From: a bacterium
GTDB lineage: Bacteria; UBA8248
DNA length: 64,000 nucleotides
Direction of reading: 5' to 3'
Assembly (NCBI GenBank): GCA_965213685.1
Contig: CBDBZY010000031.1
Location: 128,001 to 192,000 of the forward strand
In this document: positions 42,799 to 53,167 of the stretch, one piece after another
How positions within the stretch are numbered: position 1 is the first letter of the stretch
Layout: every line of letters begins with the position of its first letter
Made by a program: the position numbers and the translations under genes
The notes under the pieces: generated by a model
What the model was told of the DNA's origin: nothing
Database searches by the model: none
Seen by the model: the letters and a program-made list of their open reading frames with translations, nothing else

Positions 42799-43716
42799 AT
42801 GCTGAAATACGCGGTCCATCGCGGCGTCATGGCCATACTCGTGGCGTTCACCGTCTCCCTGCTCACGTTCATGCTGCTGCATTTCGCGACCGACCCCGCA
42901 TCCGCCATCGCGGGCGAGGACGCGACGCCGGATGAAATCGCGCAAATCCGGGAAGACTACGGCCTCGACAAGCCGCTCCCCGTCCAGTATTACGATTGGC
43001 TGAGCGGCATATTCCAGGGAGATTTCGGGGACAGCTACTACTGGAAAAAACCGGTGGGCGCCCTCATCGTCTCCCACGCCCCGGTCACGATACAACTCTC
43101 CTTGTGGGCGTTCGTGGTCACCATCCTCATCGCCCTTCCCCTCGGCGTCCTGGCCGCCATGCGCCCCAACTCCCTCGTCGATCGCTTCGCACTCTCGGTG
43201 GCCGTCTCCGCCCAGGCGGTGCCCAACTTCTGGCTGGGCCTGATGTGCATCATTCTCTTCTCGGTAAAACTGGGGCTGTTCCCCGTGTCGGGAGACGGCA
43301 CCTGGCTGCATTTCGTGATGCCCGCCATCGTGCTCGGCTCCAGCTCGGTGCCCGCGGTGATGCGCCTGACGCGCACGGGCCTCCTGGACGTCATGTCGTC
43401 AGACTACATCCGCACCGCCCGCTCCAAGGGGTTCCGCGCCACCCGGCTCCTCGTCCGACACGCGCTCAGAAACGCCATACTGCCCGTCGTGAGCGTCCTG
43501 GCCGTACAACTGGGGAACAAACTCGGCGGCTCCGTCATCACCGAGTCGGTGTTTGCGCTCAACGGGCTGGGCCGCCTCACCATCGAGTCCATCATCGGCG
43601 CGGACATCCCGATGGTGCAGATGCTGGTTTTCGTCTTCGCCGTCACGTTCATCGTGCTCAACTATCTGGCGGATCTGCTCAACGCCTGGCTGGATCCGAG
43701 AATCCGTCTGGCTTGA
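42799..43716 (+). CDS. ABC transporter permease (DppB-like)
   Basis: GLDKPLPVQY, GDFGDS, DYIRTARSKG, HALRNA. Confidence 0.92.
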   Translation: MLKYAVHRGVMAILVAFTVSLLTFMLLHFATDPASAIAGEDATPDEIAQIREDYGLDKPLPVQYYDWLSGIFQGDFGDSYYWKKPVGALIVSHAPVTIQLSLWAFVVTILIALPLGVLAAMRPNSLVDRFALSVAVSAQAVPNFWLGLMCIILFSVKLGLFPVSGDGTWLHFVMPAIVLGSSSVPAVMRLTRTGLLDVMSSDYIRTARSKGFRATRLLVRHALRNAILPVVSVLAVQLGNKLGGSVITESVFALNGLGRLTIESIIGADIPMVQMLVFVFAVTFIVLNYLADLLNAWLDPRIRLA

Positions 43717-43724
43717 GGGCGAAC

Positions 43725-44636
43725 ATGACCGCACAAACCGAGGAACGCATTCCGGCCTCCGGGGACGCGGACGACCTGCTGAGTCCGGCAGAGGCGCTCC
43801 AGCTCCGGATCAAGAGCCACAGGGGGCTTTTGATCGGCTTCGGCGTCATCCTCTTCATGGCGCTGCTCGCGGTTCTGGCGCCGTGGATCACCGCGCACGG
43901 GCCCTATGAGCAGACGCTGGCGAACCGGCTTCTCCCGCCCGCGTGGGAGGCGGGCGGAAGGTGGGAGTACCTGCTGGGCACGGACCATCTGGGGCGGGAT
44001 TACCTGAGCAGGCTCCTGTATGGATCCCGCATATCGCTGGCCATCGGCATGGGGGCCGCCACCATTGGCTGCCTGATCGGGGTGCCGATGGGGATTTGCG
44101 CGGGCTACTTTGGCGGCCGCGTGGATCACTTCATCAATTTCATCCTGACGTGCAAGCTCGCCATGCCCGGGCTCGTGCTCACGATGTCCCTGGTTTTTCT
44201 GATCGGCCCCTCGGTTTTCGTGGTGATGGGCATCATCGGCGTGCTCCACTGGTCCTATTATCTGGTGGTCACCAGGGCCGCCACGATGCAGATTCGCCAG
44301 ATAGACTACATCGCGGCGGCCCGCTCCATCGGCAGCAGCAGGAAGCAGCTCGTCTTCTATGAAATCCTTCCCAATCTCCTGAACCAGATCATCGTCATCT
44401 TCACGTTTGAGGTAGGCATCGCCATCCTCTCCGAGGCGGCGCTGTCGTTCCTCGGCGTAGGCATCCAGGCGCCGACCCCCTCCTGGGGGCTGATGATCGC
44501 CGAGGGGAGAAGCGCCATGTTCTACCGGCCCTGGCTCGTCATACTGCCCGGCGTCTTCTTGTTCACCCTGGTCATCGGCACCAACCTCATGGGGGACGGC
44601 ATCCGGGACGTCACCGCTCCGGAGAACAGGAACTAG
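43725..44636 (+). CDS. ABC transporter permease (DppC-like)
   Basis: LGTDHLGRD, YIAAARSIG, EAALSFLG, PSWG. Confidence 0.92.
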   Translation: MTAQTEERIPASGDADDLLSPAEALQLRIKSHRGLLIGFGVILFMALLAVLAPWITAHGPYEQTLANRLLPPAWEAGGRWEYLLGTDHLGRDYLSRLLYGSRISLAIGMGAATIGCLIGVPMGICAGYFGGRVDHFINFILTCKLAMPGLVLTMSLVFLIGPSVFVVMGIIGVLHWSYYLVVTRAATMQIRQIDYIAAARSIGSSRKQLVFYEILPNLLNQIIVIFTFEVGIAILSEAALSFLGVGIQAPTPSWGLMIAEGRSAMFYRPWLVILPGVFLFTLVIGTNLMGDGIRDVTAPENRN

Positions 44637-44639
44637 GCG

Positions 44640-46638
44640 ATGCGCGCAGACTCCCCCTTCTTTCAGGTCTCCAACCTCAGCGTGGACATCCCGCTCGGGG
44701 CGGGGGACCTCCATGCGGTGCGGAACGTGGATTTCTCCCTGCGCAAGGGGGAGGTGCTCGGAATCGTGGGCGAATCCGGCTCGGGAAAATCGATGACCGC
44801 CCTGGCCGTCATGGGTTTGCTGCCCCGACACGCCCGACGGACGGCGGACGTGATGCGCCTGAATGAAAGCAATCTGCTGGAAATGTCCGACCAGGAGATG
44901 GCGCAGCGGATTCGCGGCAACCGCATCGCCATGATTTTCCAGGAGCCGATGACCTCGCTCAATCCCGTCTACACCATCGGCCGGCAACTCTCGGAAACCA
45001 TCATCCTCCCACCAGCGAACGCCTAGAAAACAGGCGGAGGAGCGCGCCGTCCACCTGCTGGAGAAAGTGGGGATTCCGGACGCAAAAAATCGATTGCGCC
45101 AATATCCGCATCAGCTCTCCGGCGGCCAAAGGCAGCGCGTGATGATCGCCATGTCGCTGATGAACGAACCGGAACTCATCATAGCGGACGAGCCCACCAC
45201 GGCACTCGACGTGACGATTCAGGCCCAGATACTCCTGCTCCTCGTGGAGCTGCAAAAGGAGATGGGCACCTCCATGATCCTCATCACCCACGATCTGGGC
45301 ATCATCGCGAGGACGGCGAACCAGGTCGCCGTGATGTATGGGGGAGAAATCGTGGAGCGGGGAATGACGAAGCCCGTTTTCGAGAATCCGAAACACCCCT
45401 ATACGAGAGGGCTGCTCTCCTGCATCCCGGAATCGGGCCATTCGCGCACCGGCCGAAGGCTGGGCTCCATCCCCGGCGTGGTGCCCTCCATGGTGGGCGA
45501 CGTCGCGGGCTGCGCATTCGCCAGCCGCTGCGGACTCGTGCGCCCCGAGTGCCGGACATCCCCTCCCCCGCTGCGCATTCTGGGGGACGACAGAAACTAT
45601 CGCTGCGTGCTGTCGGAACGAGACCTCCCCGACGAGCGGGAACGAAGCGGCCGGGAAGAAACGGCGGCGACCGGCCGCGCGCAAAGCACCCCCAGCCTCC
45701 TGCGCGTGGAAGACGTGCGCTGCGCTTTTCAAATCAAGCCGAACGTCTTCTCCGCCACCAGGCAGTTGCGCGCGGTGGACGGCGTCTCCCTGGACATCCG
45801 GAAAGGAGAGGTGCTCGCCCTCGTGGGCGAGTCCGGGTGCGGCAAGACGACCCTGGCCAAGATACTGCTCGCCCTGCAGCCGGCGAATGCGGGAGAGGTG
45901 TTTCTGGACGGCGACAAGATGGGGGCGCTAAAAGGCAGGGAGCGGGCCCGGCGGATACAGCCCGTTTTCCAGGACCCGTATTCCTCCCTGAACCCGCGCA
46001 AGACGATCGGACAGATCATTCGCAGGCCCCTGGACGTCCACCAGGTGGGCACGACCCGCGAAAGACGCGAAGAGTTGGAGCGCATGATGGCGCTCGTCGG
46101 CCTGCCCAGGCGCCTGACGCACCGATACCCCAGCCAGGTTTCCGGCGGACAGAGGCAGCGCGTCGCCATCGCGCGCGCCATCATCATGAAGCCCGACATC
46201 CTGATTTGCGACGAACCCACCTCCGCACTGGACGTCTCCGTTCAATCCCAGATACTGAACCTTCTCCTGGACCTGCAGGAGGAGCTGGGCCTTACCTACC
46301 TCCTCATCACGCACGACCTGTCCGTCGTGGAATACATGGCCACGCGGGTGGCGGTGATGTATCTGGGCGAGATTGTCGAGATGGGAAAAACCAGCCGCAT
46401 CTTTCGGGCACCGCAACATCCATACACAAAAGCCCTGCTGAAATCCGTCCTCTCGCTCAACACGGAGGCGGGCATCCCCGACAACCGGATGGGGCACAGC
46501 TACCCGAATCCCCTGGCGGTTCCCCCCGGGTGCCGCTTCCACCCGAGATGCCCCGAAGCCATGCCCCACTGCTCGAAACGGGCGCCGACGCTGCGGCACA
46601 ACGGCTCCGATTCCGTTCGCTGCCTGCTGTATGAATGA
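44640..46638 (+). CDS. Fused double ABC ATPase (DppD/F-like), apparent frameshift near 45008
   Basis: GESGSGKS and GESGCGKT Walker A motifs, two SGGQRQR, DEPT, C-terminal Cys-rich oligopeptide-transporter tails. Confidence 0.9.
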
Positions 46639-46687
46639 GTCGGGAGGCGGTGCCTGCGCAACGCGCGGGAGGCCCGCCCCTCCCCCT

Positions 46688-47608
46688 CTAGGGCGTGCCG
46701 ATGAGCTCCATGGCGCGCGCGGCCATGCCGGAGTTGCTGTGCCCCACGTCGGGGACGATCTCCAGCGCCCATCGATACGGGTACCCCTTTCGCCTGGCGT
46801 ACGCCTTTGCGCGGGCGTAAAAATTCCTGCCCCGCGCCAGGCGGTGCGCTCCCTGGGCGACGGCCTCATCCTCCAGGTTGAGCGACGGGTGGCGGGGGTC
46901 GTCGTCTTCCGCGCCCAGCAATATCGTGAGGCGCGCCGCGAGAGATTCCCGCAAACTCGCCGCGCTCAAACCGATGTTGGATATCCCGTAGGGAATCTCC
47001 ACGCCCTCATCCAGCATGGTGTACCAGCCCGGGTTCGCCGCAACGGCCCGCCGGATGCGGGCGCGGGGGTGGAAAAGGACGAGCCGATGCACGAACTGCC
47101 CGCCGGCCGAGTGCCCGTAAATGTCATACCGCGCCGCTTTCAGTCCGTTGGCGGTGCGAACAAAATCGAACAGCTTCTCGAGAATCGTGAACGTCCACTC
47201 CGCCCGGGGCTTGCGCTTGCCGTTCGGGCGATACACGTTGCCCAAATGATACCGCCACGCGCCTGGAAAGTGCTCGTCCGAGAATTCGGGAACCAGCAAA
47301 ACAAACCCGTTGACGTTGGCGAAAGGACGCCACTCATCCCTGTATTGCTCTGCGTCGCGGCCGTTCCCGTGCATGACGAACACCACGGGGGCGGATTTTT
47401 CCACGCCCTCGGGCCAGTGGTACCAGACCTCGACGGGCAAGCCGGGGTTGCTCCCCCCCTCTTCAAACACAAAGCTGCCCGTGCCCATCTTCATAGCAGG
47501 CTTCCCGCTCTCAGGCTCCGCCTTCGACACGGCGCCTCCCGCCAGAAAGGCGGACATCAAAACGATGACGAATCGACGAGAGAACCCGCCCTTCTCCCCG
47601 GCGTCCAT
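46688..47608 (-). CDS. Exported alpha/beta hydrolase
   Basis: VMHG, YGHSAGGQFVHR nucleophile elbow, VGH catalytic His. Confidence 0.82.
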   Translation of the reverse strand: MDAGEKGGFSRRFVIVLMSAFLAGGAVSKAEPESGKPAMKMGTGSFVFEEGGSNPGLPVEVWYHWPEGVEKSAPVVFVMHGNGRDAEQYRDEWRPFANVNGFVLLVPEFSDEHFPGAWRYHLGNVYRPNGKRKPRAEWTFTILEKLFDFVRTANGLKAARYDIYGHSAGGQFVHRLVLFHPRARIRRAVAANPGWYTMLDEGVEIPYGISNIGLSAASLRESLAARLTILLGAEDDDPRHPSLNLEDEAVAQGAHRLARGRNFYARAKAYARRKGYPYRWALEIVPDVGHSNSGMAARAMELIGTP

Positions 47609-47758
47609 GCCCCACCCTTTCGCGCGCGCAAGCCATCCCCGGCCTCATCCCGGAGATGATGGTAGCACTCCCGTTCCCCATCGACCACGAGTGCCGGCGA
47701 CGTTCCGGCGGACCGCAACGAAGCGGCGGTCGGCGACCCCCATCGCCCCCCGCGGAGG

Positions 47759-47788
47759 TTCACTTCCTGCGCAAGACCGCCGTATAAT
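47759..47788 (+). promoter_or_regulatory. Sigma70-type promoter for the Sec-DUF442 gene
   Basis: TTCACT, 18-bp spacer, perfect TATAAT in a GC-rich context. Confidence 0.5.
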
Positions 47789-47845
47789 GCGCCCGCACGC
47801 CCCGGGGAGGAATGGAGACATCCGCTCATTTTCGATGGAGTTCGC

Positions 47846-48298
47846 ATGGACTATTTCGACGCTTCCCAAGACATCTCCTTCGGCTCGCAGCCCACGCTGG
47901 ACGACCTCAAGGCGCTCGCCGCCAGAGGCGTCAAAACCATCATCAACACCCGTTTTCCGGACGAGGAGCAGGGCGCGCTTCCGCCGGCGCGCGCCAAGGC
48001 CGAGGCCGAGGCGCTGGGGATGGCATACCTCAACATCCCCGTCTCGCCCGTCGCGTTCACCGACGACTCCCTCGCCGAGGTGAGCCGGGCGCTGCGCGAG
48101 GCGAGGTCCGACGGCCCCGCCTTCGTGCACTGAAAGGCGACGGGGCGAGCCGGGATTTGCTCGCTACATCACCTGGCGGAGGAGAATGATTGGACGGGCG
48201 ATGAGATGGAAAGGGCGGCGGACGCCACCGGCTACGACTGGCGCGAGGCGAGGCTCGCGGCCAAGTTCCGGGAATTTTTCGACAGACGGGGGCGATGA
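47846..48298 (+). CDS. DUF442/Blh-like phosphatase-fold (sulfurtransferase) protein, predicted selenoprotein (TGA at 48131)
   Basis: QPT..DL..LA..GVKTIINTR.PDEE, YLNIPV, GPAFVH-U-KATGRAG, then EMERAADATGYD; the frame stays open for 54 codons after the TGA. Confidence 0.83.
48144..48165 (+). promoter_or_regulatory. Putative SECIS hairpin (DUF442 gene)
   Basis: GGCGAGC-CGGGATTT-GCTCGCT stem begins 10 nt after UGA; G-containing loop. Confidence 0.55.
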
Positions 48299-48457
48299 GC
48301 GCCCCGTCGGCCGGGTGCGGGAGGGCAGGGGGGGGTCTTGTGCACGTCGTTCCCCACCGGGAGCGCATCCCCGCCGGTCTCATTCCTCGCCCAGAGGCGT
48401 CCCGCGCGCGCTTGGGGGCCGCTTCCGTCAAACTCCCCCCCCTCCTTTGGAGGAACC

Positions 48458-48874
48458 CTAGAGGAACTCGTGCACCTCGGCGAACATCCCCTTCACGATT
48501 CCCCCGCTCAAGTGACCTACCAGGACTTCCTCCGGCCGATACGGCCCCCCGCTCAGCGCCAGGTGGAGGTGGATATACGGCTGGGGGCCATCCCAGTTTT
48601 CGTCCCCCCGAACGGCAGGGGGCTTCTCCGGCCAGCTGATGTTGCCCACGGCGAGGAGCTCGCGCCAGTCGTCGAAGCGTCGCCGGGCGGAGGGGCCGAT
48701 GATCTCCCGGAAGCCGGTGCGGACGTCGGATTCCTTCAGGGCGCCGAACACGATGAGCGAGGCGCTTCGTATGTTCTCCTCCTTCACGAACCGGTGGAAC
48801 TCCCCGAAAAAATCATCGTCCTCATCAAATTCCAGATGAAAGACGCGGCCCAGGCGCTTCTGCTCCGCTCGCAT
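48458..48874 (-). CDS. PPC/DUF296 domain protein
   Basis: FGAL, ELLAVGNI, PYIHLHLAL, VGHL. Confidence 0.8.
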   Translation of the reverse strand: MRAEQKRLGRVFHLEFDEDDDFFGEFHRFVKEENIRSASLIVFGALKESDVRTGFREIIGPSARRRFDDWRELLAVGNISWPEKPPAVRGDENWDGPQPYIHLHLALSGGPYRPEEVLVGHLSGGIVKGMFAEVHEFL

Positions 48875-49763
48875 GTCCCATTCCCCCCCTCACCTCCGCG
48901 TAGAGGTTCTCCAGACCCCGCCGAAAGGTCCTTCTCCTGTGCTCCACCCAGGACGCGCCCCGCGACCGGTCGGACCAGAAAAATTTCTCGAACGCGGCGT
49001 CCGCGACGGCCTCCTCGCGGGCCATTCCCCTCCCCAGCAAGCTCTCCATGATCTCCCACATCTCCACGAAGTCGTTCCTGAGCCTCCGGACGCCCTCCAT
49101 TCCGCATATTTCTCCGTGCCCGGGAACGACATATTCCACCGACAGCCCCTCGATCCACTCGAGTGCCCCGATCCATTGCCGAAACCGGGCCTCCCGCATC
49201 CCCGGCCCCGGCTCGTTGATAACCACGTCGCCCGTGAAGATGACGCCTTCCTCGGGCACGTACACCGAACTGCAGGCGGGCGTGTGGCCCCCCAGACAAA
49301 AAACCTCGAACGTCAGGGGGTGGAGGTGAAGCGTCATCTCCTTTTCAAAGCACACCTGCGGCAGGGGGAGGACGGCCTCCGCGATTTCGTTCGCCTCCTC
49401 GCGTTCGCCGATGTCGTTGAGGGTGTTGACGAAGGTTTCGCGTCCCGCGCGGGAGTTCGCCTCGGCGGCGGCGAGCTCCTCGAAAACACGCCGGGGGGCG
49501 ATGGAAACCACCCCCGCATCCTCAATGAACGCCGCTCCGATGACGTGGTCGCCGTGATAGTCCGTCGCGATGCGGTATCGAACGCCTTTCGGGCTGAGGG
49601 TTCGAAGCTCCCCCTGCCAGTGGCGCGAATCGGAGGGCCGCACGGGGCAATCCACGAGAACCACGCCGTCGGCGGTAATCCCCGCTCCCACATTCGCCCA
49701 CAGATACTCCGTCTCCGCCACCAGGTGCTCGCTCAGCCGCCGCATGACGCACATCCCGTCCAT
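48825..49763 (-). CDS. MBL-fold metallo-hydrolase (cyclase-like)
   Basis: TDYHGDH, GGHT, FTGD, VPGHG; C-terminal boundary uncertain. Confidence 0.85.
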   Translation of the reverse strand: MDGMCVMRRLSEHLVAETEYLWANVGAGITADGVVLVDCPVRPSDSRHWQGELRTLSPKGVRYRIATDYHGDHVIGAAFIEDAGVVSIAPRRVFEELAAAEANSRAGRETFVNTLNDIGEREEANEIAEAVLPLPQVCFEKEMTLHLHPLTFEVFCLGGHTPACSSVYVPEEGVIFTGDVVINEPGPGMREARFRQWIGALEWIEGLSVEYVVPGHGEICGMEGVRRLRNDFVEMWEIMESLLGRGMAREEAVADAAFEKFFWSDRSRGASWVEHRRRTFRRGLENLYAEVRGGMGHASGAEAPGPRLSSGI

Positions 49764-49862
49764 TCAGGCGCAAATCGGACGATCTTCATGGACAATGTGG
49801 ACGCACCGGGCGGGAGAGACGCGCGGGACGCGGCGCCTCCCGCGCCCGGGCCTCCTCCATCC

Positions 49863-50852
49863 CTATTGTCTGATTTTCACGCCCGCGTTCTTGTAAATGT
49901 TCTTGTTGCTGTCGTACTCCGCCTGCAACTGCTTCTGGAGCTCCTCCCCGACGACCGGCTGCGCGCTGACGCCCATCTTCCTGAGAAGACGCTTGAAGGT
50001 CTTGTCCTTGGCCATCTTCAGGAGGGCCTTCCGCAGAATGTCGATTCGATCCGCGGGCGTTCCCGCGGGCGCCATGACGATTCGCTTGGAGGAAAGGAGG
50101 AGGTCCACCCCCTGCTCCCTGAAGGTCGGCACGTCCGGGAAGAGCGGGAACCGCTTGGCGGCGGCGACGCCGAGGATGCGGATTTTGCCGGACTTGTAGT
50201 TGGAGAGAACGCCCCCCGTAGCCGGGTTGGCTCCCGCCGTGTCCACATGGCCGCCCAGCATGGCGAGCATGGCGGGGCCGCCCCCCCGGAAGGGCACGTG
50301 GTTCAGCGTCACCTTCATGTCATAGGCGATCTTCATGAGCATGGTGTGGCTGAGGCCATACGTTCCCGTGGAGCCGTGCATGACCTTTCCCTTGCTCTTT
50401 CGGGCCGCGGCGATGTAGTCCTTGAAGTTCTTCCACGGCTTGCTCCCCAGCGTGACCAGCAGGTAGGGAAGTTCGTTGATCTGGAACACGGGCACGAAAT
50501 CATTGAAGGGGTCGAACCCCATGTCCTTCACGTGGGGGGACATGTAAAGATGGCTGTTCGCCCCCATGGCGAGGGTGTAGCCGTCGGGCTTGGCCCGCTT
50601 GAGCGCTCCCATCCCTATCTTTCCGCCGCCGCCCGGCATGAGCTGCACGAACGCCGGCTGGCCAATGTACTGGTGCAGGACGCTGGCCACGGCGCGCGCG
50701 TGGAGGTCGTGCGACCCGCCGGCACCCAGCGGCACAATGATCTTGATGGGTTTGGAGGGATACTTCTCCGCGCTGGCCAGCGGCGCGGAGAAGGCGAGAA
50801 GGGCGAGCGACAGAACTGCCGCCCAGGCGATTTTCCAGGATTTGCGCATCAT
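49863..50852 (-). CDS. tctC: Tripartite tricarboxylate transporter substrate-binding protein (TctC/Bug)
   Basis: YPSKPIKIIVP..AGG, PGGGG, PDGYTL, VPFRGG, PDVPTF.E.G. Confidence 0.9.
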   Translation of the reverse strand: MMRKSWKIAWAAVLSLALLAFSAPLASAEKYPSKPIKIIVPLGAGGSHDLHARAVASVLHQYIGQPAFVQLMPGGGGKIGMGALKRAKPDGYTLAMGANSHLYMSPHVKDMGFDPFNDFVPVFQINELPYLLVTLGSKPWKNFKDYIAAARKSKGKVMHGSTGTYGLSHTMLMKIAYDMKVTLNHVPFRGGGPAMLAMLGGHVDTAGANPATGGVLSNYKSGKIRILGVAAAKRFPLFPDVPTFREQGVDLLLSSKRIVMAPAGTPADRIDILRKALLKMAKDKTFKRLLRKMGVSAQPVVGEELQKQLQAEYDSNKNIYKNAGVKIRQ

Positions 50853-52387
50853 CTTCGGTCCTCCTTTGGGGGGTCTGAATGGGCTCCCGTTCGCGGCCCC
50901 AGCGTCGACGCCCAGGGACGCCGCCAGATGCTCAACGCCAGCATCAACACCGTCATGCCTATGAAGAAAGCCGCGATGGGGCGGGTGATGAAAACGGAAT
51001 AATCGCCCCGCGAGATGATGAGCGCCTGCTGCAGGGCCTCCTCCGCCCGGGGCGCGAGGATGAACGCGATGACGAGCGGGGCCATGGGAAATTTCAGTTT
51101 CCGGAGCCCGTAGCCGAACAGCCCGGCGATGAGCGCCAGAACGAGGTCTCCCAGATTGCTGTGATAGACATACGCCCCCACGAGGCAGGAGAGAATGATG
51201 CCCGGCACCAGTATCGACTGCCGGATGGAGACGATCTTGGCGAACATGCCCGTGAGAAGCCAGCCCTGGATCAGCATGATGGGGTTTCCCAGCATCAGCA
51301 GGGTGAAGATGGCGTACATGGTGGGGGCGTGTTCCTGGAAGAGGCTCGGCCCCGGGCGCAGCCCCTGGGCGATGAACGCGCCCATGAGAATCGCCGCGCT
51401 CGGATCGCCCGGAATCCCGAACGTGAGGGTGGGTATCAGGTCCGCCCCCGCGACCGCGCTGTTGGCCGCCTCGGACGCCGCGACGCCCTCGTAGCTGCCG
51501 TGGCCGAACTCCTCTGGCCGCTTCGAGGCGCGCTTCGCCGCCGCATAGCTGACGAAGGTGGCGATGGCCGCCCCCGTCCCCGGAATCGCGCCGACGAAGG
51601 TGCCTATCATGGAGGAGCGCAGGATGGTTCGGGCGGAATTTCGCACTTCGCCGATGCGCAGCTTTCTGCCGCCGCGCAGGCGCAGCGTCTCGGGCGGGCG
51701 CGCCAGGTCCGCCGCCCGCTTCTCGGCCTGGATGAACACCTCGCTGACGGCGAACAACCCGATGAGCAGGGGCACCACCCCCACCCCCTCCGCCAGGCCG
51801 GGAAGGCCGAACGTGAAGCGCTCTCCCCCCGAGACAATGTCCGTGCCCACCATGCCGAGCTGGAGTCCTATGAGGGCGGACAGCACCCCCTTCACCACGG
51901 AGGCGCCCGTCACGCTGGAGATGATGGCCATCCCCATCAGGAGGAGGCCGAAAAACTCGGCCGGCCCAAACAGGAGCGCCACCGCGGCCAGCGGGAGCGC
52001 CGCCAGAATCAAGACGAGGTCGCTGAACGTGTCCCCGATGGTGGAGGAGTACAGCGCCATCTGAATGGCGCTCCTCGCCTCGCCCTTTTGCGCGAGCGGA
52101 AATCCGTCCATGCAGGTCGCCGCGGCGGGCGCCGTCCCGGGCGTGTTGACCAGGATGGCGGGGATGGAGCCCCCGAAGAGCGTCCCCTTATGGATACCCA
52201 ACAAAAAGGGGATGCCCAGAACGGGGGGCATGAAAAAGGAGAAGGGAACCAGAATCGCCGTCGCCATGACGCTGGTGAGTCCCGGAATCGCGCCCACCGT
52301 GATGCCCACGAAGACGCCCACCGCGATCATGGCCAGGGCCTGCCAGGTAAGCGCCATCGTCACTCCCTGGAGTATCTGTTCGAACAT
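50849..52387 (-). CDS. tctA: Tripartite tricarboxylate transporter large permease TctA
   Basis: GAIPGL, GGSIPAILVNTPGT, EAANSA, TFGIPG, GLRPGP. Confidence 0.92.
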   Translation of the reverse strand: MFEQILQGVTMALTWQALAMIAVGVFVGITVGAIPGLTSVMATAILVPFSFFMPPVLGIPFLLGIHKGTLFGGSIPAILVNTPGTAPAAATCMDGFPLAQKGEARSAIQMALYSSTIGDTFSDLVLILAALPLAAVALLFGPAEFFGLLLMGMAIISSVTGASVVKGVLSALIGLQLGMVGTDIVSGGERFTFGLPGLAEGVGVVPLLIGLFAVSEVFIQAEKRAADLARPPETLRLRGGRKLRIGEVRNSARTILRSSMIGTFVGAIPGTGAAIATFVSYAAAKRASKRPEEFGHGSYEGVAASEAANSAVAGADLIPTLTFGIPGDPSAAILMGAFIAQGLRPGPSLFQEHAPTMYAIFTLLMLGNPIMLIQGWLLTGMFAKIVSIRQSILVPGIILSCLVGAYVYHSNLGDLVLALIAGLFGYGLRKLKFPMAPLVIAFILAPRAEEALQQALIISRGDYSVFITRPIAAFFIGMTVLMLALSIWRRPWASTLGPRTGAHSDPPKEDRR

Positions 52388-52395
52388 GCGGACCC

Positions 52396-52879
52396 CTAGT
52401 CAAACAGGCTGCCCGAGGGCAGCGCCAGCTGAAAGCTGAACCAGAAGAAATAGTTCACCCCGATGGGGAACAAAACGGCGATGGGCACGACGTATCGCCA
52501 GTCGCGGGTGCCCATGAACATCATCAAGGCGGCGAGGAAAACGGGAGAGCTCAGCAGGAAGCCAAAAAAAAAAATACGCCAAGGACTGGACGTAGGCGTA
52601 GCAGGCCACAAAGACCACGCCCACCTGCAGGAGCGCCCTCTTGGTGGCTATTTGCCGGCCGCCCGCCTCCTTCCTCCTGAGCGCGCCGAACAGGAGCATG
52701 AGGCTCACCAGCGCGAAGAGGACGACGGAGGAGGTGGGAAAAAAGGTGGGCAGGAAGACGGCGTTCGAGACATCCTCCGGCGGAATGGAGTATTGAATCT
52801 GCGTGGGGATGATGTAGAAAAAGCCGACGGCGCTGTAGATGAGAAAAACGACCGCCGTGTAGACATCCGCCTTTCGCAC
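52396..52879 (-). CDS. tctB: TctB small membrane subunit, apparent frameshift in A11 run ~52570
   Basis: Four TM segments, PTFFP, C-terminal FQLALPSG; lies directly upstream of tctA. Confidence 0.75.
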
Positions 52880-53167
52880 GCCCGGCTCCTTCCGCTGACA
52901 TGGAGCGCGCACCGCCGGCATTCATGACGCCCGACGATGCCGTGATTCCGGAACTCAACCGCTCGCTGCTTCACTTTTGGCGCAGTGGACGCAGTCTAGC
53001 AGAAATGGCCGCGCGCGTCACCACGCCGCGCGCCCGGAGGCGGGATTTTCACTCATAAGCACCCCCTCCCGTTCCTTCCCGCCTGCGCGAAATGTGGGAT
53101 AATCTGCGAAAATGAAGTTTTCAGATGCGCAAGCAGACCTCGCCAGAGAACAAAAGGAGCGGATTTC

